Assembly (NCBI RefSeq): GCF_006345805.1
Contig: NC_043003.1
Span: 72,044,001-72,108,000 of the forward strand
Length of the DNA stretch: 64,000 bases
From: Octopus sinensis
Taxonomy: Eukaryota
Direction: 5' to 3'
Under the pieces are notes generated by a model, which had not been told where the DNA came from, searched no databases, and worked only from the letters and a program-made list of their open reading frames with translations. The translations under genes and the position numbers were made by a program. Positions 14,273 through 27,007 of this stretch are shown one piece after another. Numbering within the stretch: position 1 is the stretch's first letter; every line of letters begins with the position of its first letter.

Positions 14273-16404
14273 TATACATACAGTTGTACACACACACACG
14301 CACAAACATTCACACACACATATACACACATACACACATACATATACATGCATACGTATACATAAATGTACTTACATGTACACACATGCACACGCATGCA
14401 CGCGCAAATCCATAGATATACACATACGCAAGTATTTACTCAGATATTGGCACCGAAATAAAATGGCATACAATAGAGCAATATATATATATAACAAGAA
14501 AGATTTTCTGGTTAGGCTAATTGGATACTTAATGATTCTTCAAATTATGTTCAAGTGCAACCAAATGCATTGTTTAGAAAATACCATTATCTTACGGGTA
14601 TCCTTTTTTTTTTTCTCAAGTACAATATAAAGTCATAATTTTAATTTTACTAGTAGTTCATCTTCCGTGAATTGATTAAATTTAAAGCTATACATTTTGT
14701 GTCAAGAGATGCGTAAGTTTGTCTATTACTTGTTTGTTTAATTTTTGAAGAACGGTGAATCTTAGTTCGCTTTGTCTTCATTTTCTTTACCGTTTTACTT
14801 GAGGGTGGATTTCATTGTCGTTTAGAACTTTTTTCCTCCCAACTTGTTTTCCTTGTTTTATATTAAGCCATTTTTGCGTATTCCTCCTTTTTCCCTTCTG
14901 TAAATATCTTTCTCAACGTACGATGAAGATGTGATACTTCATTTTCATCACTTATATTTCTACCACATCTTCACAGAATCATCCTGTTATTGTACAGGCT
15001 GGTACTGTTAATGGTCGATGTATTTGTTCACTGGGCCTAAAGATATGCTATTTGCTACCTCCAGAGCTTTGGTTGATGATGTTCTCAAAACTGGGAGAGG
15101 GTCCTTTTCTTGGCTTAATCTTCCCCGTTATTCGGTGAGATTTACTCTGAGAAATTTGACAACGCGGTTTTTACCCTATATCATACATCCAATACTGTTT
15201 CTCTCGGTGCCTTATATGGGGTACAGTTCTGGCATCGCTCCGTAGACTTCGGGAGTTACGAGAAATCGTAAATCCATTTTGGCTCTTCTTGACCACAAAT
15301 CACCTTTCTTAAGCCCGCTTTGATCACTCTCCCATACTTCGACACAAAAGTCACTTCTTGCCATGGGTTTACTTTATGTCCTCTATCTTTTATTGAGTCT
15401 TGTGTTTCTTTGACCCATGTCCAGTGCCACAAATGTATAGTCAGCATTACGTTTAACAATTTCAGCCAGTGGCTGCGATTTCAGTCTTAAAAGCAGAGCA
15501 AATAGTGAAAGACAGTGGTACACTTTTGGATTTTGTACGAGTGAGTCACCACAATTCAGATTAAAGTTATAAAGTACAGTGTGTAACCTGGACAACAGAG
15601 ATTTAAATATAGAGAATACAGAGATGCCAAACTTGATATCTATATGACACTTTCTGTAACACACAACATTTGCTGTCCTGTCGACGCAAAGTACATAGAT
15701 AGTTTCTCTAAATAAAAGACCTTATGAGGGAGTGGAAGGTAGAGGGTTGCAACGAAGTCAAAGTAGCAAGACAATGGAAGAAAATGTGTGGACGAAATAG
15801 GCAAAGGTGGAAGTAGGAATAAAGATAGTCTTGAGGTAGAGACGAGGGCAGAAGTGGAGTTGGGAGGAGGTGACGATCGGGATAAATGTGTTGGGGGTTG
15901 AGGGTAGAGGTGAAAGTGGAAGCGATGATAAAGGCGAAGGTGGGGTGGAGGAGCGGGAGGAATGTCGTAATGCAAAAAAAGAAATGTCGATATTTGACAC
16001 GTACTGCCAATTTGTTTCTGTTTGACACTTATCAGTAACAACAGCGACAACAACAAATATACCCACAACTTCTATACCACTTCTACACCACTATCTTCAT
16101 AAACATTCTCGCTGTGGACATCTCCTATTTTTTTGTCTTATATATATTGTGTCATCCCATAAATAACGAGGTTTTTTTCAATTACATGAACTATAAGTCG
16201 GAGGGGATGGGATAAATTACCTGCATCAGCTTGCTATAAAAGCAGGTAGTAATTTTAAAACAGCCTTATCCTTAGTGCAAATTTTGAAGAGTACAGTTCG
16301 ATTTTTACAATTTTGGCAGGTATCTTCCACTATAGTTCCGGTACGAACAATGCCTTGTGAGTGAATTTGTAGAAACCACATAGAAACCGGTCATATGTAT
16401 GTGC

Positions 16405-16455
<51 letters not shown>

Positions 16456-17059
16456 TATATGTGTTTGTGTACGTATATGTGACTTTGTCTCTCCATACAC
16501 CGCTTGCAAATCAGTGTTAGTTTGCTTACGTATCTTTAACTCACCGGTTCATAAAAGATACCAATTTAATACTACCAGATTTAAACATAAATACTGGGCA
16601 ATTTGATCGACTAAAACCTTCAAAGCAGGCCGTAGTCCAGTGACTAAAGCAAGCAAAAAAATGAAAGATAATATATATTGGAAGAAATGTTCCACCCTAG
16701 CTCCAAATGTTCGACGGGTAGCTATCGCTGAGGAGGCGGATTCACGCTGAGACACTATATCTTATAATCTGCTAACTCCATCTGGAATTCGGTTCGCTGT
16801 TATTTTACTCACAAAATCTACAAAATCTATACATTCAAATCTCTATCCGAGACAAAACTTTTCACGTAGGTAGTCAAAATGAACCGTTTAAAATTCAATG
16901 TGCACATCCTCAACTTCACCCCAATTTGTTGGGCAATATAAGTAATTGTTGTAATGCAAAGCAGGGTCATTGTGTCATATTTTTATAGTTTTACTATCAA
17001 ATCATAGTAGGATATTCTATGTCTGTGTAATCAGTAATATTTCACCTGTTCATATAATA

Positions 17060-17905
17060 CGAAATCTGATCAATAAGTATCCGGACTGTTGCCATAGTAA
17101 CGAAGCAAAATTACGCAGAGTAAAGCCGATTGGTAAAGACTGAAATTGAACCCTGCTGTTTATAACAGTGCTTGGAAGTAACGTGTGTAGCGTGTGATCG
17201 CCGCATTGACTATGGCAGAGAAAGTTGTCATGGAGATACCTGCTCAGAGGCCCACACAAAGTTGCAGAAAATGTATGGAGAGGAGTGTATAAACCGCACA
17301 CTAGTGTACAAGTGGTTCAGACGTTTCCAAGTGTGGACGGGAAAATGTCGATATTGATGAAACTTCTAGGAGACCCGCAACCAGCAGAACTGAGAAAAAC
17401 ATCGCAGATGTGTGTGCAGCTGTGAGGGGAAATCGTTGAATCACCATCCGTGAGTTATTATAGGATGTGCAGATTAGTTATGGTTCAGTTCAGTCCATTA
17501 TCACTGAAAATTTGGGTATGATACGCGTGTCTGCACAGTTTGTGCCAAAACTACTTTCACTGACCAAAATGAAATTTCGGGTTTCAGTTTCAGATCTTGA
17601 TTGTGACAAGGCGATGAAAATGTTTTGAAAAAACTTTGCATAGGCCTCTGAGGAGGTTTCGCCAAGCTTTTTTCAAAATTTGCTGCAGATTCTCTGCTCA
17701 ACTTTCTCTGTCATGTTCAATGCGATGATCACAAGCTACACACCTTCCTTCCCAGCACTGGTGTAAAAAGCGAATGTGAGTTAGAACGTTAAAACTTAGT
17801 GCGTATGCACAACAGCGTTCAAGGTCAATCTGTGCCAAGCGACTATATGCTGCGTGCTGTAACTTCGTTACAATGGCAACAGACCGGATACTTATTGATC
17901 AGACC

Positions 17906-17908
<3 letters not shown>
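17060..17908 (+). mobile_element. Non-autonomous mariner element (849 bp) with TIRs and TA target-site duplication
   Basis: TIR TCTGATCAATAAGTATCCGG(A/T)CTGTTGCCAT at both ends, TA at 17058-59 and 17909-10. Transposase N-terminus EAHTKLQKMYGEEC..VYKWFRRF..SVQSIITENLGMIRVSAQFVPKLL; catalytic core missing. Confidence 0.92.
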
Positions 17909-17946
<38 letters not shown>

Positions 17947-18017
17947 CGCCCCATCACGCTACAGCTCGTGAGCTGAGACTATATAAAATCAAATCAATTC
18001 ATATATACACATATATA

Positions 18018-18067
<50 letters not shown>

Positions 18068-18068
18068 C

Positions 18069-18153
<85 letters not shown>

Positions 18154-18755
18154 TCCAAAAGAGTTAGAGGTTGTTAATCCAATCAACTAAGGGATAATAT
18201 CTATCCAATATACTACCAATATACTACTGGTAGAAAACCCAATTATTAATACTCAAGTGTTTTTTTTGTTGTTATTTTTGTATGACAATTACACTACTGA
18301 ATGTAATAAATGGGTGAGGGTAAAAAAGTTACTTACCCTTAATTTATACAGCAATAAGAAAATAAAGGGTATCAAGAGGTGCTATTCATCAACGTTTAGG
18401 TATTATATGAAGTCTATATATTTATTTTTTAATAAAAGCATTATAACAATATACATACATGTATAGCCTAATATGCTTTATATATACAATATACAAAGAT
18501 ACCAGTAATTATTAAAATATATAACGTAGATAACAAAAGATAGGATAATATCTTACGGATGTTTCAGCATATGTATAAATACAAAAGTAGCAACAATAGT
18601 AATATATATTCACAGATACATAGATGTATATAATTATAGCTAGTTTAATATATACCTTCTTTTATATATATATAGCTATCTATATATCTGCATAATTATC
18701 ATATATTATATAATACAATATAGTATAGCAACAATAATAATGATAACTAATAATA

Positions 18756-18756
<1 letters not shown>

Positions 18757-18821
<65 letters not shown>

Positions 18822-18886
18822 ATTATTATTATTATTATTATAATTATTATTATTATCATTATTATTATTATTATTATTATTATTAC
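18757..18886. repeat. (TTA)n microsatellite forming the 3' tail/flank of the adjacent LINE fragment
   Basis: Read directly; similar arrays at 19216-19282, 19760-19850 and 20330-20400. Confidence 0.95.
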
Positions 18887-19215
18887 TTTTTTTTTCTTCT
18901 TTCAAATTTGCTTCCATTTCTTGCCGGTGTCTTCCCGACTCCTAGGGCAAAGAAACTCATAGTATACTATGGTAGGCCATTAAACCAAACTCAGTAGTTC
19001 GTTCATTTAAAAAAAAAAAATTTTTTTATGTTAAATTAAAATACATGAGCAGCAACAGTTCTCACATCGACAATGCTCTTCTCAATACGTGTGATGTACC
19101 AGTTAAGACAATCTTTTGCACTTCTTGCAGGGATGGTAAGCCAGGGATCATTCTCATATAATTTTCGGTTCCCTTCTTGATCATTCCTAGTGCTCCTACG
19201 ATCACTGGTATTGTA
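18887..19215 (-). mobile_element. Short, well-preserved 3' end of an R4/Dong-like LINE inserted in (TAA)n
   Basis: Uninterrupted 50 codons TIPVIVGALGMIKKGTENYMRMIPGLPSLQEVQKIVLTGTSHVLRRALSM* (19214-19062), typical of the C-terminus of REL-type ORFs; then about 170 bp of 3' UTR, an A-run and (TAA)n. (TAA)n is also on the 5' side. Confidence 0.8.
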
Positions 19216-19283
<68 letters not shown>

Positions 19284-19780
19284 GTCAATAGGTGTGTTTT
19301 AATATTAGGTTCGAGTGGTACTTGTATGTCCAATTTTATGGAGACAGGAAACATTGCGTTCTTTAAAGCTGTCAACAAGTGGAATTTTTGTCCCAATTAT
19401 AAACAAAATTTCGTTAATACATAACAAATCTTTTCTATTTTTAGTATTATATGCCGATGCTGATGTTTTTTGTCGCACTCACATATATCTTGCTGTCATA
19501 TTGTATACTTACTATGCATTGATATACTACCTCCTTTCTAATGTCGTTATTATTAAATACACAATTACTTATTCTACAATCACATGTTCTGCGTGGCTGT
19601 ACAGGGTTTATGTTATTGGGATTAACAACTATTATATTATTAGATATGTGGCTATTGTTGATCCTAATAATGTCATTATTGCTTATATTATTGTGATCAA
19701 TAGTGTTAGTATTAATATCATTATTATTTACACTTACATTATTGCTGCTGTTGTTGTTATTATTATTATTATTATTATTA

Positions 19781-19851
<71 letters not shown>

Positions 19852-20408
19852 TATGTTTGCATTACTTCTGTTATTTTTTCTACTTAGAAAGTGCCCAGTT
19901 TTCTATTTTAAATTGAGATGGTGGTAGCTAGGTTGTGTATTAGACTGTATCCTATTCTTATTTTTGTTATTGATTATCTCCAATATTTGTTTTTTTTCTT
20001 TTGTAAAATGTTTATTTATTGAACTAAAAATTGTTTTTACTATGTTATTTTTGATTTGAATAGCGAAAGGGATTATTAGCCATAAAGTATCTATTTCGCT
20101 CTTTCCCTTATGAGGGTCATTTATATTATGTGTAAGTTCTCTGTTATTTTATTTTTATTTATATATTTAATAACACTAGTTTTGTTATAATTTTTTCTAT
20201 AATTACTAATGGTTTTATTATTATTTTTATTATTATTGTTGTTGTTGTTGTTATTGTTATTATGTCTATTATTAGTATTATTATTTTTTATGGGTTGTCT
20301 TATCGTATTTGTAATAATTCTTTTATCATTATTATTATTATTATTATCATTGTCATTATTATTATTATTATTATTATTATCATTATTATTATTATTATTA
20401 TTTTTAAA

Positions 20409-21160
20409 GTTTCAGCTCAGAGCTGCGGCCATGCTGATGCACCGTCATTTTGCGCTACACTGTTATTACTAGGAGCCTCTTCCAATATGTGGCACTTGAT
20501 GAAGAATGAAGTTTGATATAGCTGCCCTTATTTGAACCTCTTGCCGTGAGGTAGGCTCATCTGGGACTCTCGACAGGAAGAGGTCCAGCTTTGATTTAAA
20601 AACCCTTACATCTACTTTGTGCAAGTTCCTCAGACTCTTTGGGAGAATATTAAAAAGCTGTGGGCCCTTCAAACCCAGGCTGTTGCAGTAACTGGTCCTG
20701 AAGCGTGATGGCATTGCTGGGATCTTTGGCACCATGCAGTGTCGTCCTGTTCTGGCATTGGTGTAGCTTTCAATGCCAAAATTTGGCGCAATTCCTTCCA
20801 GATCTTCCAGATATATATTACTGCATACCTCTCCCGTCTTCTCTCCAGGGAGTAGAGTCTTAGCTGTTTCAACCTTTCCCAGAAGCTGAGCTGTTGCAAA
20901 GAGACGATCTTCTTTGTGAATCTTCTCTGGATTGCTTCAATGTCCGCTGTTAATCTCACACTGGTGGGTGACCATAGCTGTGAGCAGTAATCCAGGCGGC
21001 TGATGACGAATGTCCGCCAGAGGACCACCATGGTTTCCTTATCTCTGGTTCTGAATGTTCCTAGGATCCATCCAGCTAGTCGTCTGCACTTTGTCGCCAT
21101 CCTGGTAATGTGCACTTGGAAAGAGGTATCATCACTCATGTCGATACCCAGGTCCCTCAC
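20409..21160 (-). mobile_element. 5'-truncated CR1/L2-group LINE (RT C-terminus + 3' tail)
   Basis: RDLGIDMSDD..RLDYCSQLWSP..IEAIQRRFTK..RLKQLRLYSLERRRERY, then a frameshifted C-terminus, a 3' stem-loop CAGCATGGCCGCAGCTCTGAGCTGAAAC and a (TAA)n tail. Confidence 0.92.
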
Positions 21161-21249
21161 TTATTATTATTGTTGTTGTTGTTGTTGTTGTTGTTATGTT
21201 TATATTTATACTTGGTAATGTTATGCTTGTCTAAATTTTGTGGGTTGGA

Positions 21250-21800
21250 GGTAGTTTCCTTATCTTGGCTATTATACTTAATATTATTGGGAAGGTGCTT
21301 AATTTTACCGTTATATCCTGCATTTTTTAGTGCTACATTGTATTTTTATATTGTTTATCAAATATCTCTTCATTAGAGGGGAGGTTTGAAATTCGTTTAC
21401 ATATATTTAGTTGTAGGGCTTTTTTGCGAGAGGTGGTTACTAGAATTATTTATATATCTTAATGTAGAGTTGTTGTCTTTTTTTATATAAGGCTCATGGA
21501 GTCCTGTATTTAGGTTACAATTTACATCTAAATAATTTATAGAATAGTTTTCGTTTGCTATAATTATGGATAAGTCAAATCTATTAAATAATTTATGTAA
21601 ACGTTTTTTCAGCAGTTCAAGACGTTTATTCGAAAGGGTCTTAACTATGTCAGATTGCATGGAGTTTACCTATATCACTGTTGCATGGAGAATTACAATT
21701 AATGCACTCTATTGGAGGATACATTTTAAGCATAATTTTAGCGATAAACAACACATTAGTGAAATAACTTATACGGTCACTTTTGTTATTTTGTCCGAAT
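21250..21800 (-). mobile_element. Decayed Penelope-like RT fragment (thumb region)
   Basis: INYLDVNCNLNTGLHEPYIKKDNNSTLRYINNSSNH resembles the NFLDVTL.L....PY.K......YIN..SNHP motif of Penelope/Poseidon RTs. Confidence 0.7.
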
Positions 21801-21845
21801 AACTTCCATCATATATGTTTAACCATATATCACCCGTATGATTTA

Positions 21846-23966
21846 TCTCTCTCTATATAAACGGCAGTTTGTCTGTCTGTGTGTCTGTGAGGTTGTACCC
21901 GCACCCTGACCACGGCTTTCAACCGATTCTGATGAAACTTGACACACACACAGCCCAGTGTCATAATTCAAAACTAACGCAGCGAAAATTTTGAAAAGTT
22001 CCCCCAGTTCTGAAAACATCGATAAATTCGACATGGGGTCGAGAATCTAAGCTTTTCATATGCAACACATTTTCTGTTGTAGTTTTCGCAACTTGCAATC
22101 GATTTTCACCAAACTCATGGTGAAGCTTAATGTTACCCTAAGAAACTTAATTCTGGCGTTAGTTTTCATGCAATATTACCATGAGAAAAAAATCGATAAA
22201 ATCATGACATTTTTGGGGAATCGCGTTCAAATTCAAGATACATTTTCACACAATATCTTTAACAAATTGGCAGGAATTTTTTTTTTAATTCACAGCGAGC
22301 ATCATGTCTGCTCCAAGGAGCTATATGACCCTTTTTAGACTTAATCTTCAAGGTATCCCACATACAAACCAAAAATTACATCGAAACCTCCAGACTAACC
22401 TAAGTGTTGGTGAACCAATTCCTACCAGGAAGAAATTACATTTGAGACTTTACCCCCAACACCACCACTTCAAGCAGTCAATGCTCTGGTGGCAAAGTGG
22501 ACCTGCCACCCCTACGTGAACCACCTCAACCGCTGAAGGATCTCGCGGCAGGTTTAACCCCCGAATCGTCACAATTCCTTGAAATCATTCGAAAGTACAA
22601 CTGCTCATTCCAAATGACCTCTTTCGGGGCCAAAATTCGTCCTAGAGAAGGCTGGATGCCTACTTTCAAAGTGCAGGGACAGGTCTACCATCTTATTGGG
22701 TCACTTCTGCCAGACGAGATTCAGCAGTCTTCTTTCTTCCAAATCTACTTCATTGCCGACTACAACCAGCAAGTTGATGCACGCCTTGGAATAATACCGG
22801 GTACATGCTATGTTCCCCGCAGAGACGTTCTTCTCCGTCTCCAAACCATGCTTCATGCTATCAACAGCTACGTCCGCAGCTTCAGGTATGCCTTGGACAG
22901 TCCTCCGTCTCCAGACTTCACCGTTGTCATTGATGATGATAAACGACCCCACAGGGAGAACGAACGCCGTTTCAACGCACCTGCGTGCAACGAAATTGCC
23001 GCAGTCATACACGGAGGGCAACACAACAGCCGTGACATAATCATCTCCTCCCGTGGTAACAGCCTACGCAGGATCAGCGAGACTCACAGATCTTATGACT
23101 CGCTTCAGTATCCATTGCTTTTCCCTTATGGGGAATACGGCTACCACTTCAGAATTCCTTTACGGCAGCCCTCCAATCAAACTACTGCGGCATCAAAGAC
23201 GGTTTCCTGCAGAGCGTTCTACTGATACCGGTTCATGGTCAGGGAGGGTGAGTTCAACTTATTGCCCCGTTGTCGTCAGCTATTCAGCCAGTTCGCCGTC
23301 GACATGGCCGCCAAAATGGAATCGGAAAGGCTGCTATGCATTAAACTTAATCAGACCAAACTTCGCTCCGACTCCTACATTCATCTCCGTGACGGCTTGC
23401 AACAAGAAAATGACCCTCGCAACATTGGCAAGCCATGCATTCTACCCTCCACCTTCACGGGAGGACCGCGATATATGCGTGAGAGGACCCAATACGCCTT
23501 GACTTACGTGCGCATTTACGGCAGGCCGGACCTCTTTATCACCTACACGTGCAATCCCAACTGCGACGAAATCACTCGCGAACTCCTCCCGGGTCAAGAG
23601 CTATTCTCGCACCCAAAAATACAACCGTCAAACTCAATATCAATATCCCACTTGAGCTATTCCTGTGATGTTCACGTCTACAAATCTATAGATAGCAGCA
23701 GACCCCGCCGAGCTTGCCGATTATCCTGTTGAATTCCTGAATTCACTTGAACCGCCAGGCCTGCCGCCACACATCCTGAAGTTAAAAGTCGGTGCGCCCA
23801 TCATGCTCATCAGGAATTTGGTTCCACCCAAACAGTGCAACGGCACACGTCTGGTTGTGAAACATTTGGCACCACATTTAATAACGGCCACAATACTTAG
23901 ATCGGGATTAGTCGTTGCTTACAAGGGGCTCTTATATACCAGGGCAACGCCGGGCTATGCTGCTAG
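21846..23966 (+). mobile_element. Non-autonomous Helitron (2121 bp) with intact termini and deleted RepHel core
   Basis: 5' A|TC start at 21846; 3' imperfect hairpin CCAGGGCAACGCCGGG, then CTAG|T ending at 23966. RepHel segments: [69 protein letters not shown]. Confidence 0.93.
22497..23900 (+). pseudogene. Helitron Rep/Pif1 helicase pseudogene (frameshifts, stops, two large deletions)
   Basis: ORFs 22497-23225, 23235-23732 and 23803-23994 carry Helitron N-terminal, Rep motif 1 and Pif1 late-domain motifs; Rep motifs 2/3 and the helicase Walker motifs are absent. Confidence 0.9.
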
Positions 23967-25176
23967 TAAATATATAAATGATTCCACTGATTAAACAGAT
24001 ATATGTAATATTATATAATTTTGAAAAATAAATTTGTAATAACTTATCATTGATAGGCATTATATTAGAACAATACCCCCTTGGTAATAATGCTGTAACC
24101 TAAATTTCTAATATATATATATGTATGTATACGTATGTATGTGTATGTATTGTATGTAGTATATATATAATATATATAATATATATATATATATATCTAG
24201 TATATGTGTGTTATGTATGTGTATGTATGTATGTATGTATGTATGTATGTATGTATATATTTATATGTGTGTGTGTGTTTGTATGTATGTATATATATGT
24301 ATACATAACTTTATCCATATTTTGTTTTTTTTTATTACTTACATACATTTTTTTACACATAGTTTTGTTTGATTTGTTGTTTATGTTACCGGTTATCCAT
24401 TAACCAACCATAACAAAGTCATGGCCTTTCAAAAAAATAGATGACCAATTAGATTATGGAACTGACCGTAACCCCTTCCCATTTCCCGTAAGATTTCAGC
24501 TGCTCGATAAATGAATTAATAAACGACTGAAATTAATAAAGTATCGTGTTTAATACCCGGAAATTTATTTCTTTTAGTACCATCTAATATCACAGGTAGT
24601 AATATAAATTCTAACCTACTTATAGTGGACCATTGTCTAAAACCCTGAATAGAAACATATCGAATGTTTATATGAATATATATATATATATATATATGTT
24701 TGTGTATAATTATTATAAGTATATGAAAAGAAAAATACGAAATATTGAAAAAAAAACTTCCCTTCTCAACACAGGTAATATGTATGTACCTATGGGTATG
24801 TTTGTACGTAAATATATATGTATATATGTGTATGTATATGTATATATATATATATATATATATCTGTATTCCTCATTTATATACATTTTTATTCCTACAT
24901 AACTACAGTAATCTTAGGATATATTGTTTTTATATTCCAATATTATTTGATAACTTTCTCCTTTCTTTGTTTATACTTTATCTAATATGACTAATATAAT
25001 ACACTTAATAAAAATAATAATTGATTCTCTGTATACATATACATATACATATGAAAATAAAAATATAGAAATATATGTACATGTGTTTATATGTTTATGT
25101 GTACGTATGTATGTGTACAAGTGTGTATATGTGTACGTATTTGTATTTATAACTTAACCTTATGAAATTTCTAAAC

Positions 25177-25284
25177 TCTCTGACGAAGCCCAGAGACACA
25201 CACAAGTACCTAAAACTTATCTACCACTGAAGGGATATAAGTAGATTGGGGTACTTTGGCCTCTTGGCTGAAACAGCTGTAAGA
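25177..25284 (+). ncRNA. Type I minimal hammerhead ribozyme motif (Penelope pLTR type) with extended stem II
   Basis: TCT-CTGACGA-AGCC...GGCT-GAAA-C[AGCT]G-TA^AGA; complete catalytic core, palindromic loop III, GUA cleavage triplet, 3-bp stem I. Confidence 0.7.
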
Positions 25285-25444
25285 TATTATCCTATCTTTT
25301 GTGATCTACGTTATATATTTTAATAATTACTGGTATTTTTATATATTGTATATGTAAAGCACATTATGCTATACATGTATGTATATTGTTATACTGGTAT
25401 ATTAAAAAAAATAAATAAAGAGATAATATAACGTCTAAACGTTC

Positions 25445-25810
25445 GTGAATACCACAGTTTGGGCAAACTGTGGAACCTGCCCCAACCTACTTGAAGGCTC
25501 GGATTTCCTTTTCAAACAAAGACAGAGGTTTACAATTAAAACTAGTTTTACCTGTGTCTCTGAGAACCTAATTTATGTAATTACCTGCTCGGGTTGCGGA
25601 CACCACTATAATGGACAAACGAGTATGACCTTGAGAAAGAGAACCACTCTACATAAGGAGCAAATCCGTTTCCCGCAATACAGAAAAAATCCTCTCAGTG
25701 AACATATAGAAAAATGTGCAGGTAATATCAAACCAAATTTCACAGTCTTCCCTTTCTACCAGTGCAAAGACGCAATCTCTCAACTAGAACGTTTAAATAA
25801 AGAAACTTAA
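25445..25810 (+). mobile_element. Penelope-like GIY-YIG endonuclease fragment
   Basis: CGTCPNL..FTCVSENLIYVITCSGCGHHYNGQTS..LRKRTTLHKEQIR..LSEHIEKC: CxxC plus GIY-YIG arrangement of PLE ORFs; open for 121 codons. Confidence 0.88.
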
Positions 25811-27007
25811 TATGCACGCATAACCAACTTTTATCTTTTTAGATATTTCAATTCCCGATTACATCACTGTACATAAATCCCCTACTAAACAAGGTTTTTG
25901 AAACTTGTCTCTGTCTGTACACATATATAAACAATGCGAAGCGCATTGTGACCAGCGATGTGTAGCAACATCTGATGGTCTGGTCGGTCACGTGATCACA
26001 TGATATGTATATATATAATATATATATATATAATATATATATATATTATATATATATACTATAATATATATATATATATATTATCATGTAATGTATATTT
26101 TTCAATGTGTCAAATAGCAAGGAAAAAATAAATAAATACTTACCAGGGTAGCAAAAATTCATATAAGTGCTAAGGATATTTCAGCCAACCTATAAAAGTA
26201 GAAATTCCTGTGTTAAGTGAAATGCTTTTGTATTACTTGGATAAATTAATGGAGTCAAACGCATGCGTTATTCAAATCGTTTATACTTCCAACATATGTT
26301 TCAAAAAAATCGTTGAGATTGTTCCAGAAGGAATGAGAAAGATGTAAAACAATGCAATCATCTCGTCGGGGAAAAGAAAGAGAAACAAGACACATCAATA
26401 AGCCATTTTAATCGAATGTTATTAGCGCGTACGTAAGTATATGATGTAAGGAAAACACTAGTAAGTTATTTTTTGATAAACCGTTAATAGATTTAACGTC
26501 AAAGATAATTTAGAGAATGAGAAGGAGGAGAAAGAAAGAAATTAACAGAAAATAATGAGTGGAAAAAACGTAGTGTGATAGATGAATGGAAACAAAGTTT
26601 AATAGTGTGGATATAGACATATGAAGTGGAAATTAAATGTATGAAGACATTTAGAGGTCGAATTTTACGGATTGGTAGAAATTTCTTATAGGAACTAAAG
26701 GTATGCTTTTGCCGATGTTTACAACGATAAATGCGTTATTTAAACGTGTTTACAAGAGTATTCTCCGAGAAAAGGATGAGAAATTGCTCTTCGTCACAGA
26801 GCGGTCAAACAGATTTACTTTTGTCATATGGAAAGGATCGAGATAGAAACTTCTATTTCAAACCGAATTGTTTATTATGTTCCTTTAGAGACCAAATAAA
26901 TTTACTAAGCCCAGTATTGTTGCGTTATTGATATGTCTAAATGTAGAATAATGGTTAGATATTCTTGACAACTGAGACCACGGGCTACCAATATAAAAAT
27001 ATACAAA

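Noticed and set aside
15018-15700. Minus-strand frames faintly resembling a LINE fragment
   Set aside because: No motif specific enough to support a call; the same applies to 34560-34860, 47330-47950 and 50480-51300.
19315-20516. Hydrophobic poly-I/poly-L ORFs resembling membrane proteins
   Set aside because: Products of (ATT)n repeats and AT-rich low-complexity DNA.
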